The notes: generated by a model not told the origin, from the sequence alone. A DNA stretch of 64,000 bases from the human T2T-CHM13v2.0 reference genome, Homo sapiens (GCA_009914755.4 CP068257.2:16512001-16576000), one strand, 5' to 3'. Shown: positions 43,346 through 57,470, counted from the stretch's first letter. Numbers and translations are program-made.

Positions 43346-44823
43346 ATCAGTCTTTTTTTATGGCCACACTAATGAAAATACAGATTGTTAGTGACTGGCA
43401 TATTATCTCCCTTCCAAGTGGGTTATGAGGAGAAGGTCAGAGGCATGTGACAACCCTTCTGACCATGGTGAACATCATGTGACATACACAAGTTATATGG
43501 ATATCCTCATCACCTTAGTTTCCTCGTGTGTAATATAAGAGTGTTGGATCAGAATTATGTCCAAGGTGCTTTCCAGCTCTACATATGTACATTTCATAAA
43601 TAAATGTGAACTGTACCTTAAGATTCCAGTAGCTGTAATTACTAAGTATCTGTATCAATCTCTATTTTGAACTGTAACAGCAAGAATATCATGCATATCA
43701 ACACAGAGATCCTTCATGTGCCTGAGATATTCTAATAAGCTCTTATAACATGGTATGTTATACACTATATCTCAAACAACTCTTACTATTGCTATAAAAT
43801 TTTCAACATGGAACTTTGATTAAGATAAAGTGAAGAGATAATAATGTTTCTAAATCTTAGGAAATTTTTTCCTGTTACTGAGGTGGGGGACTTTTCAAAA
43901 ATGTATTTCTGTCTTTTGCTGGAAATATTTATTTCAGTTTCCTACAGCATTGCTATAGCATTGCTGTAGGAAATTAACAGTAATTGGTGACTGGCAGTTC
44001 AACTGACAGAAACACATTATTTTGCGGGGAGGCGGAGGAAAAGCATTCGCAAACTCAATATGAATCCATTTCGGAAAGTAGAGTTGTTTAGAGAAATACA
44101 AATATCTTCACTCAGTTTTTGCCCACTTACTGAAAACACAGTGTGAAACTAAAATTGAAAAAGCAATGTTCTTCTGAACATCTTTCCATTAAATATTGCA
44201 TCATATAAAAATAGGATTTTATGGTTATTATTACACATATTTTCTTCCCTTTCATATGCAGAATCTAAAAAAGTCAAAGTTAATAGAAGCAGAGACTAGA
44301 ATGGTGGTTGCTGGGGGTGGGAGCAATGGGGTGATGTTAGTGAAAGGTTACAAAGTTTCAGTTATGCCAATGAATTGTTCTGGAGACCTAATGTACAGCA
44401 TAGTGATTGCAGTTAATAATAATGTATACTTGACATTTGCTAAGAAAATAGATCCTATATGTTCTCACGACACACACCCGTGCGTACACACAAGCACACA
44501 CACAAATAGTAACAATGTGAGGTAATTAATATGTTAGGTAGCTTGATCATAGTAATAATTTCACAATGTATATGTACATCAAAATATTACATTTGACCCA
44601 TGAATTATGTATAGTTTTATTTGTCAATTGCACCTCAATAAAGGTGAAAATATAAATGTGTGCTTTTATAAATATAACTAATATACTGAAGTAAATATAA
44701 ATTTAAGTATATACTTTAATAAAATTTGAGAATGATGTGTTAAATAGCTGTAATATGAAGGATAATGTATGAAACCATTATTCTCAATTTAACATAGTGC
44801 CAATTAGCTTAAAAAATTTATCG

Positions 44824-45146
<323 letters not shown>

Positions 45147-46794
45147 TCAAGAAACTGTGAAGAGATGAAACAGACAGATGAGGTTTGAAGAGTAAAACCG
45201 AGGGAGAAAATAGCCAACTTGATAGCACACTGGGTGCCATTTTGAATTCCAAAACTGGGGTCCCAAGAAAGCCCAGGAAATGATATACAGGCAAAAGTCA
45301 CCTGGGCAAAGGACCATCAAATGGGAGGAAGAAGAAGAAACTGTAAAAGCCAAAAGGAAAGCTTTGTCAACCTTACGATTACTCACATGAGCATATAATT
45401 TGCAAATGCAACCAAATAAATATTTCACGATAGTTTAAACTTACCTAAGCATTTCAAGTCATCATTAAAGAGAGAGACATACAGTTGAGTTGGCCATCAC
45501 AAAGCATTTAGTTAATGAAAAGCCATTGTTATTAGTAGCTTTATTATTTATTTGAAAATAGCAAGCTGAAAATTATCTACAGGTCAGCAAATAGCACAGA
45601 CAATTGAAAGCACATAGATTCCTTTAGCATCTACAGTTTTACCTAATTAGATTTTTCAATTAGATGCTATACAGTGCATTATACAAAGAACTTCCATATT
45701 CCCTAGGTAGATACAATAGTTTATGGATGCCTTACATTCTGTTAATCTTGATAAAATGGGAAATCAACAGCAAGATTATACTCTTTGTTCCCAAAGATCA
45801 TGTAAATATTTTCAACCATATTAAAACAGACTGTATTTCCATCAACTATTTGTACTTTTTCCTCCTTTGTGTCTCAAATGGTAACATATAATTTATAAAG
45901 TTTTATTGTAAAACAGTGATTTTTTAACTAAAAATAGAAGGCAGCATTATAGTTATTCAAAATAAAGAATAATATAACATCCTATGATACCATAATAAAT
46001 TTAACCCATATGATTCGACATTGTTATTTGGGATAATTTGTCTCTATACAAAACAAAATATAATCTCCAAACTCCCAAAGAGCAGAATTTCTCAATGTTT
46101 TGCAACTTTTAGATTTCTGGTGGTGTTTTGTGGTAGAATAGTAGAAGGGTAAAAGACATTCCTGAGATAGAATTAATTTTTCTCTGTGACTCCAGGATGT
46201 GCCCATTATATTAATATGTCATATTTTTACTACATAAACATGGAAAACTTCGAATAAAGGAAGTAATTACATCATTAAAAGGAAAAGTTACATTCTGTGG
46301 CTCTGGACAGCCATGTTGTATGACCACCCAAAGTAAGAGAGTGGAAATCAAAAATTAAGCATATATTAGAATTTCGATATTGTCATTTAACACAAACAAT
46401 TGTTCTTAAATATACAATATTATAAAATTACTAGGAAACAGCATTTTGGTTTAAAAGTAAACTTTTCAGTCCCTGTCTACTACCATTTTAAATATATTGA
46501 AAGAGATACTACAGGCCAAGGAATTAAAATAAGTTGATTAAGTAATTTCCTGCTGGATAGAAAACTTAAAATGCTAATAAGTTTACATTCAGAGATTTAG
46601 TTCTCAAATAACAGATTTGATTTATTTGTCAGCTTTTAGATATCATAGTAACAGAACTCCAGAAAATATGCAAAAGAGGAAAATAAAGTGACTGCTCATA
46701 AACCAGGCAGCATGGTCTCAGGAGGATAATCCACAGTAACTTTTAAGGGCGGTATCGTTTCAATCAAACTTGATTTAGGATAAAAGAAACAAAA

Positions 46795-47635
46795 CTTATT
46801 ACTTTTTAATAGACTTATTTTTTAGAACAGTTTTAGATTTATGGAAAATTGAGCAGATAGCACAGAGAGAGTTTCCTTCCCATATACTCCCTCTGCCCAG
46901 ACAGTTTCCTCTATTATTAACATCTTGATTAATGTGATAATTTTTTACAATTGACATATCAATACTGATACATTACTATGAACTAAAATCCATAGCTGAT
47001 GTCAGGATTCACTCTGTATTGTGTAGTGTGTAGTTTTTGATGAATGTATAGTGTCATATATATCATATATCCACCATTACCTAAAAAATCCCCTTTGTTC
47101 CACCTATTTATCCATCCTCTCCTATCCTAAATCTCTGCCAATCACTGAACTTTTTCCTATAACTATGGTTTTGTCTATTACATAATGTCATATAGTTGGA
47201 ATCCTACAATATATAGTCTTTTCAGGCTGGCTTCTTTATCCGTTTAAGTTTCTCCTACATCTCTTCATGGCTTAAGAGCTTGTTTCTTTTTATTACTGAA
47301 TAATATTCCATCCTATGGATATACCAGTTTGTTTGTCCATTCACTGTTTGAAAGACATCTTGGTTGTTTCCAGATTGGGGCAGTCATGAACAAAGCCGCT
47401 GTAATCAATCATTCATACACAGATTTCTATGCAGATGTAAACCTTCAACTCATTTAGGTAAGTATACAGGAAGGAGATCTCTTGATCTTCTGGAAAGACT
47501 ATGTTTAGCTTTGTAAGAAACTTTCAAACTCTTGAAAAGTGGCTGTACCATTTTTCATCCCCATCAGCAATGAATGATAGTTCTATTTGTTCTGCATTCT
47601 TGCAGCATTTGATATTGTAATTTTTTTTTTATTTC
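46795..47635 (-). mobile_element. L1MC/L1ME-type (older L1M) 3' end
   Basis: ...ttttttagaacagttttagatttatggaaaattgagcagatagcacagagagagtttccttcccatatactccctctgcccagacagtttcctctattattaacatcttgattaatgtg...ctgaataatattccatcctatggatataccagtttgtttgtccattcactgtttgaaagacatcttggttgtttccagattgggg...agcaatgaatgatagttctatttgttctgcattcttgcagcatttgatattg follows the L1MC antisense 3' consensus (tttagaacagttttagatttacagaaaaattg...ttattaacatcttacattagtgtggtac...). Confidence 0.7.
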
Positions 47636-48167
47636 AGCCATTAGAGATTTGGGCTTAGTGTTGATTTGGGTATTTTTAAAAATCTGTTTTAATTTGCATA
47701 GTTATAATATCATGAAGGCAGTGAAATCTATTGACTCAAATACAAAAAGTAAAAATTGTAGACATAGTTATATCTAAAGAATTATACTGACAAAATGTAT
47801 AAAATTTGCAATATAAATTCAATAATCTATTAAATTGAGCTTTCAAGTAAGTTGTTTACCTCAAGATAATAACCTTAAAGCTGAATATTTCCACCAGTTT
47901 TTTTGTTTCTTTCACAAGGAAAGTACTTTTATCTGTGGAAGTCTTTCTCTTTTTATCCCGTTAGAAATATAATTTATTTCAGAGGAAGTTATGTGAACAT
48001 GAGAAGTAATTATAAACAAAGATAACTGGTTTTCCTCTTAATATCTCCTATCTCATTTCTCACAGATTGCATACATTTGATACATTTCACAAAACCTTAA
48101 CAATTCTTAGAATGGAAAAAAAGATTGAAGCAGCTCAATTTTTTATTCCAATTACTTAATTGGAACC

Positions 48168-48583
48168 GGTAGTGAGTTGAATTGTGCATTCAAGTCCTAA
48201 CCCCTGGAAACTATGAATGTGATCTTCGTTGGAAATAGTGTCTTTGAAATTTAATTAGTTAAGCATCTTGAGATGGCCTTAAATCCGATGACTTGTATAC
48301 TTATAAGAGGAGGACAGGACAATCAAAAAGAGAGAGAAGGTCGTGTGAAGACAGAGGGAGAGATTGGAGTGATGCAGATACAAGTTAGGGAACTGGAAGG
48401 ATTGCTGGGAGTCACCAAAAGCTAGGAAGAAACAGGAAGGAATTATTCCCCAGAACCGTCAGAAGGAACAGAGCCCTGCCAACTCCTTGATTGCAGACTT
48501 CTGGCCTTCAGAATCGTGAATAAATAAATTTCTGTTGTCTTAAGCCACCCAGTTTGTGGCAATATGTTATGCAGTCGTACTAA
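48168..48583 (+). mobile_element. MLT1-type MaLR LTR (sense)
   Basis: ggtagtgagttgaattgtgcattcaagtcctaacccctggaaactatgaatgtgatcttcgttggaaatagtgtctttgaaatttaattagttaagc...gtgtgaagacagagggagagattggagtgatgcag...ccagaaccgtcagaaggaacagagccctgccaactccttgattgcagacttctggccttcagaatcgtgaataaataaatttctgttgtcttaagccacccagtttgtggcaatatgttatgcagtcg follows MLT1 (tgttatgggctgaattgtgtcccccaaaattcatatgttgaagtcctaaccccc...ctgccgacaccttgatcttggacttccagcctccagaactgtgagaaaataaatttctgttgtttaagccacccagtctgtggtactttgttatggcagcc). Confidence 0.75.
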
Positions 48584-49273
48584 AAAAAATAGGTAATATT
48601 TAATATCTGAATAATATCTGGTTAACATCTTATTCTCAGGAACACAAAGATATGAACCAGGCTATCGGATTAATGAAGCTGAGTTTATTCCTTAACTATA
48701 AATGTTACTTATTTTTTGTTATTGGCAATTATTTTTTATTTCACTACTGTAAGCATGTTATTGCCTAAAAATTTTAGGGCTTAGATTTTATAAATGGGGA
48801 ATTGTTAAAATGTTCATATAAATTTTTATTTTAATAAACTCTTATATGGTACAAAATCATTTACTTGCTTCAGAATAGGTAATCAAAATGTAGCCTCATT
48901 ATATTTAAACTCAGTTCCCATAGGGTACTTTGCTTATTAATTTGGTGTTAATTTAATAACAAAAAAAAAAGACTTCTAGTTTGAAGGCCAGAAGATAAGT
49001 GAATTTCCTTGGCTAGGGAAAAGTACAACCAAACATTTCATAGAGACTTATTTTGAAGGTTTTTTTCTTTCCTTGGTATATTAAACTAGGACAGGAAACA
49101 TTTCTAATAAAACAGTGAACAACTGACATAATGAATTGTTTGACTTAATCTGTAATCTAAAAGTAGACTTCTTTAAATGCAGAAAATATTTTGGATTTTA
49201 GAGGTTGTGTCCTGAAAGAATTTGAGTTACGTGTTGTGACTTATAGACCAGCAAAAGACAGAAGCACATTTGA

Positions 49274-49600
<327 letters not shown>

Positions 49601-49788
49601 TACAGACATTTTTTATTAAAGTCCACAAGGTTACCATGTAAGCTTCTTTCAATTGTTATAAAAAGAAAATTGTATTCAAATAATTTCTGAGAAAATGAAA
49701 TGGATAGTTTCTGAAATTAATCATTTAATACATTTTAAGTTAGAATGTTTTATTGATAATGTGGATGAAAAAAGGAGAGCATATATTA

Positions 49789-50178
49789 TGGACTGAATGC
49801 ATGTGTTCCCCAAAATTGACTTCTAGTGTGCTGTATTTGGAGTAAGGAAATCACTAACATTAAATAAGTTCACAGGGTAGAACCCTAACTCAATAGAATT
49901 AGTTTCCTTATGAAAAGAGGCACCAGGAAGCTCTCACCCCTTCTCCACCCTTGGCACATGCATCAAGGAAAGGTCATGCCTTTCTTCATACATACGTCTT
50001 CAGACATAGAAAGAAGGTGGCTGTCTACAAGCAAGGAAGAGAGCCCTCACCAAAAATCAAATTAGTCTGCCCTTTTGTCGTGGGCTCCTAGCCTCTAGAA
50101 CTGTGAGAAAATAAATTTCTGTTGTTTAAGCCATCCAGTCTGTGGTGTCTTGTTACAGCAGCCCAAACAGACTAAAAC
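49789..50178 (+). mobile_element. MLT1-type MaLR LTR (sense), second copy 1.2 kb downstream of the first
   Basis: tggactgaatgcatgtgttccccaaaattgacttctagtgtgctgtatttggagtaaggaaatcactaacattaaataagttcacagggtagaaccctaactcaatagaattag...agaaagaaggtggctgtctacaagcaaggaagagagccctcaccaaaaatcaaattagtctgcc...cctctagaactgtgagaaaataaatttctgttgtttaagccatccagtctgtggtgtcttgttacagcagcc. Confidence 0.75.
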
Positions 50179-53100
50179 AGCATGTAACCACAAAATTAGT
50201 CCTTAACTGATCATGTTTCTTAGTGATTTTATATAAATTTCACTTTTAACCAAATGAACTGAAGACAATGGAAAAACCATTTGGTTTTTAATACAGTGAC
50301 ATCAAATTTTCATATTGGTGCATCTTTGACCTTAAAAGTGTAATATTCTGCACAGTTTAACATAGACAGTAAATATGCTGGCTACGTCTACATCTACCAA
50401 AGCCAGCTTATCGTTCAATGTCAGTTCTTAGCGTGAATAATTTAAAAGGAAGATCCATCTCGAAAAATCTTTGTTAGAGAATGCTGTCTGATATACATAA
50501 AAAATAGTAGTTTAGATGGTAAAGAATGATCCAATTATTAAATGAAACTCTGTTTAAAATTCAGTGTTTTTTTGTATTTGCAAACCAAACTAATTTTAAA
50601 ATTGTCAAAATTATTCACTTACATTATTTAGTGTTTCTGGGTTTACAAGAACTTTGTTTTGCTTAAATCTGAGACGATTCTGGCTCAGATAAAGTTTTCA
50701 TGATAAGGGAAATAGCTAAGAGACAAGCAAAGATCTGTAGGAACCATTTGAGTATTCACTAGCTTTTGACATATGAGGAAGATGTCAGCTTAGAGGGCTA
50801 ATATATAACTTTTAAAATCAAGTTTTGAAAGAATTTCTGCAGTATTCATAAGTGATTAATAAAAAGCTTACATGTAAAAATGTGTGCATAAATAGGCATG
50901 CAGTTCGTTCTAAAACTTCAAACACTGTTTCTTCTAAGTTGCATTTAAATCTCCATCAAAACATTATTAATTTATAATTTTAAGTTTTGTTTCTAGCTAC
51001 ACATTCCATTTTCTTGTTACAATTGAAAGTATAAAGAAGCTTTCAGTTATATTAATTTGGGTCTGTAATTATACTTACAACACTGTCTGTCATTCCCAAG
51101 TTTTTCACCACAAGAGTATTTTTTTACTACTTTCTCTCATTTACCTCACACTTGGTAAGATTTTGTTCACCGAATATATAGTATTTAGAAAATAAAGCCT
51201 AACTAATTTGACATTAATCAAAGGAACATATTAATGTGCTTCTGATCAACATAAGATATTCAGTCTGGCCACTGGGCTGATATAATTTCAGTTAAAAGAA
51301 AAGCAGTCTGGTGTTTTAGATAACCTGGGAAGTTTGAACCAAAGCAAAGGTAAGCAAATACATGGCTGTGATTGATCATTATGAAATATTAATCTGTGGA
51401 CTCCATTCTTATCTTAAGTGATTCCCTCAAGGAAAAATGCCACCTTGAAAACAACTGATACAAATCTTCAAATTCTATTTCTGTTCTTTATATGCTAAAA
51501 TAACCTAACATAGTGTCTTTTATTACCTAACATCTCATTTTTACTCAAAAGCTGTTATAACATTTGGTATCTTGGAAATGAAGTAAAACACATTTCTATT
51601 AAAAGTAACAAATTAATTAAAGTCTATTGTTATACATTTTTAATACTGCTTAACGTGATAGCTAAGAGAACATATTTTGAAATGAAAGAACTCATAGCAA
51701 TACTTTGAGCAAGGCATAATTATTTAGCGAGTCTGTGACTAAAAAAACCTTAAATACATCAGCTTATTGAAAATATCTTTTAAAAACCCTGCATCTTCTT
51801 TTTTGTGTTTTATTGACAAATTAATTTTTAAAACTTTAGGATAATATCTCGAAGCATCTCTGCAGCTTACCAATTAAGATGTTGTATATTTTAAGAAACT
51901 AGTATAACTATTGAAATGGAACAGAAACCCTTACCGGCAACTATTTAAGATGCCATGATGGATGCTTATCTCTAGGTCATACCATAGGTCATACCATAGA
52001 CCTATAACCTTGTTTTCAAATGAGTACTGCAGTTATCCGGGAAATAGGTAAATAAATGTCAGTAATGATACTAATACTTCCACAAATGGATTGCAACTAC
52101 ATTAAATGTCAGATTCTGTCATTCTATGATACTTGGCATATTTTTGATATGAAACATAGCTCATGTTACCCACTGTAGTTTCTTACTTCCATCTGAGTTT
52201 CTGTATCTGGAAAATCACTTAACACCCCTGAGTATAACCCTGGAGTGAATTTCAAATGATGAAACACTAGAGTTTGGCCTACTTAATGTAATAACATAGA
52301 TATTCAATTTTTCAAAATATATACCATATTAAATATTTTTCTTCTTCATTCATTTATGGGTACAAACAAAGGAACCCCTGAAAACTATTTTTCTGGGATC
52401 ATAACGAGCCTGTAATTTTTAGAAAGAAAACTCTAGTGTCACGTATATTTTATACCTTCACAAAAGAATCCTGGCTATAAGTCCATTGAGAAAACCACAT
52501 TGCTTAATTCTAGTGAGACTGAAACTTTGTAGAAAGGGTGTAGTTTACCTAACAGGTGCCACTAGGATGCCCTTTCTTTCTCTTGTGTGATTGCTCTAGC
52601 TAGGACTTCCAGTACTATGTTGAATAATAGCAATGAAAGTGGGCCTCCTTGTGGTGTTCCAGATATTGGGGAAAAGGCTTTCAGCTTTTCCCCATTCAGT
52701 ATGATACTAGCTGTGGATCTGTTGTACATGGTTTGTATTATGATGAGGTATGTTCTTTCTATACCCAGTTTTTCAGTTTTTATCATGAAGGGATGTTGAA
52801 TTTTATCAAATGCTTTTTCAGCATGAATTGAAATGATCATATGGTTTTTTGACCTTCATTCTGTTGATATGATGTATGACATTGACTGATTTGTATATGT
52901 TGAACCATCCTTGTATCCCTGGGATAATTCTCACTAGATCGTGATAATGATTTATTTATTTCTGCCTGATCTTTATTATTTCTTTTCTTCTACTAAGTTT
53001 GCATTTGGCTTGCTCTTCTTTTCCTAATTCTTTAAGATGCATTGTTAGGTTGTTTATTTGAAGTTTTTCTAGTCTTTTGATGTAGATGCTTATAGCAAAA

Positions 53101-53233
53101 ACTTTCCTCTAAGTACTGATTTTACTATATCCCATCATTTTTGGTCCATTGTTTCCTTCATCATTTGTTTTAAGAATTTTTAAAATTTCTCTCTTAATTT
53201 CTTCATTGACCTACTAATCATTAAGGAGTATAC

Positions 53234-53402
<169 letters not shown>

Positions 53403-54358
53403 AGGAGCATACTTTTAATTTCCATGTATTTGTATAGTTTTCAAAATTCCTCTTGTTACTGATTTTTAGTTTTATTCCACTCTGGTCAGATAAGATACTT
53501 GATATAATTTCAATTTTTAAAAGTTTAACACTAGTTTTGTGGCCTAACATGTAGTCTATCCTTGATAATAATACATGCGCTGAAGAGAAAAATGTGTAAC
53601 CTGGAATCACTGGATAAAATGTTCCGTAAATATCTGATTGGTCTATTTTGGTCTGTAGTGCAGATTAAGTCCAATGTTTCTTTGTTGACTTTCTGTCTGG
53701 ATGACTTGTTCAATGCTAAAAGTAGGGTGTTGAAATCTCTAACTATTATTGTATTGAAGTTGATCTCTCTCATTAGCTTTAATAATATTTGCTTTGTATA
53801 TCAGAATACTGCAGTAGTAGGTACATATATATTTACAATTCTTGTGTCCTCTTGCTGAATTGACCCCTTTATCATTTTATAGTAACCTTTCTTGTCTCTT
53901 TTTATAGTTTTTATCTTGAAATCTATTTTGTCTGATTTAAGTATATCTACTTCTGCTCTTTTTTGGTTTCCACTTGTGTGAAATACCTTTTTCCATTTCT
54001 TTATTTTTAGTCTCTGTGTGTCTTCATAGGTGTTGTGTGTTTCTTTTAGGGAACAGATTGTTGGCTCTTGTGTTTTTTTCTTTGTATTTTTTTTTAATTC
54101 AGTCACTCTCTGTGTTTTGCTTGAGGAATCTAGTCCATTTACATTCATTGTTATTATTGATAAGTGAGAACTTACTCCTGCCATTTTGTTGTTTGTTTTC
54201 TGGTTGTTTTGTGGTCTCCTCTTCCTTCTTTACTTCTTTTTAGTAAAGGTGTTTTTCTCTGGTGGTGTTCTACTTTCTTACTTTTAATTTTTTGTCTATA
54301 CATTGTATGTTTTTTGATTTGAGGTTGTCATAAGGCTTGCAAATAATATCTTATAACC

Positions 54359-54365
<7 letters not shown>

Positions 54366-54392
<27 letters not shown>

Positions 54393-54780
54393 TTATTATA
54401 CTTTGAGTTCTAGGGTACATGTGCACAAGGTGCAGGTTTGTTACATAGGTATACATGTGCCATGTTGGTTTGCTGCACCCATCAACTCGTCATTTACATT
54501 AGGTATTTCTCCTAACACTATCCCTCCTCCAGCCCCCAACCCCTGACAGGCCCTGGTGTGTGATGTTCCCCGCCCTGTGTCCAAGTGTTCTCATTGTTCA
54601 ATTCCCACCTATGTGTGAGAACATGCCGTGTTTGGTTTTCTGTCCTTGTGATACTTTGCTGAGAATGATGGTTTCCAGCTTCATCTATGTCCCTGCAAAG
54701 GACATGAACTCATCCTTTTTTATGGCTGCATAGTATTTCATGGTGTATGTGTGCCACATTTTCTTAATCCAGTCTATCAT
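54366..54780 (-). mobile_element. L1PA-type 3'-terminal fragment (about 415 bp, 5'-truncated) with an (AAT)n-modified poly(A) and a perfect 13-bp target-site duplication ataacccattatt (54353-54365 and 54781-54793); nested in the ORF1 region of the older L1
   Basis: (att)n ttattatactttgagttctagggtacatgtgcacaaggtgcaggtttgttacataggtatacatgtgccatgttggtttgctgcacccatcaactcgtcatttacattaggtatttctcctaacactatccc...gtttccagcttcatctatgtccctgcaaaggacatgaactcatccttttttatggctgcatagtatttcatggtgtatgtgtgccacattttcttaatccagtctatcat. ORF 54685..54915(-): ..MIDWIKKMWHTYTMKYYAAIKKDEFMSFAGT. Confidence 0.9.
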
Positions 54781-56439
54781 ATAACCCATTATTTTAAATT
54801 GATGACAACACTGATTGCATAAACAAAGATAAAACGAATAAAAACTCAACATTTTAATTTTATCTACCCACTTTTTAACCTTTTGCTGTTTGTGTCTTAT
54901 TATACTGTGTTTCAAAAAGTGGTCATACTTCTTATTTTTGATTGGTTCAACTTTTAGTGTTTCTACTTAAGATATGATTAGTTTACATATAACAATTACA
55001 GTGCTATAATATTCTGTGTTTTCCTGTGTACTTACTGGTGAGTTTGATACCTTCAGATAATTTTTTATTGCTCATTAATGTCATTTTCTCTTGGACTGAA
55101 GAACTCCCTTCAGTATTGTAGGACAGGTCTGGTGGTGGTGATGAAATCTCTCAGCTTTTTTTTTTTTTTTTTTTTTTGCGGGGAAAGTCTTTATTTATCT
55201 TTCATGTTTAAAGGATATTACCATGGGATATAGTATTATAGGATAAAATTTTTTTCCTCTAATACTTTAAATATCTCATGCCACTCTCTCCTGGCCTGTA
55301 AGGAAAAGTCTACTGCCAGATGTATTGCAGATATATTTTATTTTATTTGTTTCTTTTATCTTGCTGCTTTTAGGATTCTTTCTTGATCTTTAACTTTTAG
55401 AAGTTTGACTATTAAAACTTTGTTTATTGAGGGAGTCTTCTTCGGGTTATATCTGCTTAGTGTTCTATAACCTTCTTGTACTTGAACATTATCTTTCTCT
55501 AGGTTTGGGAAGTTCTGTGTTATTATCCTTTTGAATAAACTTTCTATCCCTATCTGTTTCTCTATCTCCTCTTTAAGGTGTATAACTTGAATTAGATTAA
55601 GATTTACTGTTTTGAGTTTATTTCTAGATTTTGCAGGTGTGTTTCATTCTTTTTAATTCTTCTTCTTCTTTTTTTTTTTTTTGGTCTGCTCTGACTGTGC
55701 AATTTCAAATAGCCTGTCTTCAAGCTTACCAATTCTTTCTTCTGCTTGATCAATTCTATTGAGACTCTGAAACATTCTTCAGTATGTCAATTGTATTTTT
55801 CGACTCCAGAATTTAGGCTTGAATCTTTTTGATTATTTTAATCTCTTTGTTAAAGTAATGTGATAGGATTCTGAATTCCTTCTCTGTGTTATCTTTAATT
55901 TCATTGAGTTTCCTTAAAAACAGCTACTTTGAATTCTGTATCTGAAAGATCACATATCTCTGTCTTTTCAGAATTGGTCCCTTATGTCTTATTTAGTTTG
56001 TTTGGTGAGGTCATGTTTTCATGGATGATCTTGATGCTTGTGAATGTTTGTCGGTGTCTTTCTGGGCATTGAATAGCTAAGCATTTATTGCAGTCTTCAT
56101 ACTCTGGGCTTGTGTGTATCCATTCATCTTGTGAAGGCTTTCCAGGCATTCAAAGGGACTTGGGTATTATAATCTATCTTTTTGGTCACTGCAGCCATAT
56201 CTGCATTAGGAGACACCCCAAGCCCAGTAATGACATGGCTCTTGCAGACTCAGAGGTACAAATTTGGTTGTCTTTGGTAAGATACAGAAGAATTCTCTGA
56301 GACTCTTGTTCTCTTCCCTTACTTTCTCCCAAACAGAGTCATTCTCTCTCTTTCTCTCTCTCTGTCCCCCCCACCCCCGCCCCTCTGTGCTGAGCTGCCT
56401 GGAGCTGTGAAGGGGTTACACTAGCAGCTCTGTGGCCTC

Positions 56440-57470
56440 CACCACCGGGACTGTGCTGGATCATACCTGAAGCCAGTACAGTACTGGCTGTCACCTGAGG
56501 CCCATGGTAACCATTGCCTGTCTACTGCCTATGTTTGCTCAAGGCCCTAGGGCTCTACAATCAGCAGGTGTCAAAGTCAGCCAGGCTTGTATTCTTTTCT
56601 TCAGGATGGCAAGATCTCCCTGGCCCTGGGCAGATCCAGAGATGCTGTCCAGGAGCCAGGGCCAAGAGTTGGAAACCTTAGAAATCTCTGTGGTGCTCTA
56701 TTCTACTGTGGCTCAGCTGACACTGAAGCCACAAGACAAAAAGTTCTTCCTGCTCATTCTTCCCTTTTCTACAAGGAGGGGAGTCTCTTCTCGTGGCCAC
56801 TACTGACCCAGGCCCACAGTGAGTACTTCCTGGCTACAGCTGATGTTCACTCAAGGTTCAAGGGCTCTTCAGCCAGCTTATGGTAAATTTTACCAGGCTT
56901 CTGACTCTCTCTTTGGGACAGTGGGCTCCCCTCTGGCCTAGGAGAGGTCCAGAAATGCTATCCCAGAGCCAAGGCCTAGAATTGGCAACCTCAAGAGGCT
57001 ACTTTGTGCTTTACCCCACGTGGCTGAGCTTGTACCTAAGTTGTAAGACAAAGTTTCCTTTACTCTTTCCACTCCTTTTCTCAAGCTGAAGGACACTCTC
57101 CACATAACCATGACAGCTGGGACTGTGCTGGGTCACATCTGAAGCCAGCACAGCTCTGAGTCTCACTCAAGGCTGACAAGTACAACCTGGGTATTGCTGC
57201 TCATTATTCAGGGACCAGGGGCTCTTTAGTCAGCAGATGAGGAATCTTTCCAGGACTGGGTTCTTCCCTTCAAGGCAGTAGGTTCCCTTCTGGCCCAGTG
57301 TGTGTCTAGAAATGTTGTCCAGGAGCTAGGACCTGGAATGGGAGGACTTAGGACTCTGCCTGGTGCCCTATTCTACTGTGGCTGAGATAGTATCCAAGTT
57401 CCAAGTCCTCTTTATTCTTCTCTCTCCTTTTCTCAAGTGGAAGATAGAATTTTCTCCTGGAGCTGCAAGC
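56440..57470. repeat. Tandem triplication of an approximately 313-358-bp unit, about 1 kb, directly next to the 5' side of the old L1
   Basis: Three collinear copies are visible, e.g. agagatgctgtccaggagccagggccaagagttggaaacc (56638), agaaatgctatcccagagccaaggcctagaattggcaacc (56951) and agaaatgttgtccaggagctaggacctggaatgggaggac (57309). Further shared markers are tggtgctctattctactgtggctcagctga (56691) and tggtgccctattctactgtggctgagatag (57361); gggactgtgctggatcatacctgaagccagtacag (56448) and gggactgtgctgggtcacatctgaagccagcacag (57120); and tgctcaaggccctagggctctacaatcagcaggtg / ttcactcaaggttcaagggctcttcagccagc / tattcagggaccaggggctctttagtcagcagatg. Confidence 0.8.

Noticed and set aside
56340-56440. 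A GC-rich patch (tctctctctgtcccccccacccccgcccctctgtgctgagctgcctggagctg) considered as a CpG-island/promoter candidate.
   Set aside because: It contains essentially no CpG dinucleotides and is only about 100 bp long. It fails any CpG-island criterion. No other CpG-dense region exists in the window apart from young Alu bodies.
56440-57470. The three approximately 335-bp tandem repeats considered as a possible CRISPR array, satellite or coding internal repeat.
   Set aside because: There are no short direct repeats separated by unique spacers, no ORF spans the units, and there are only three copies. This is best described as a tandem triplication or a possible L1 5'UTR monomer array. It is kept as a finding but not as a functional system.
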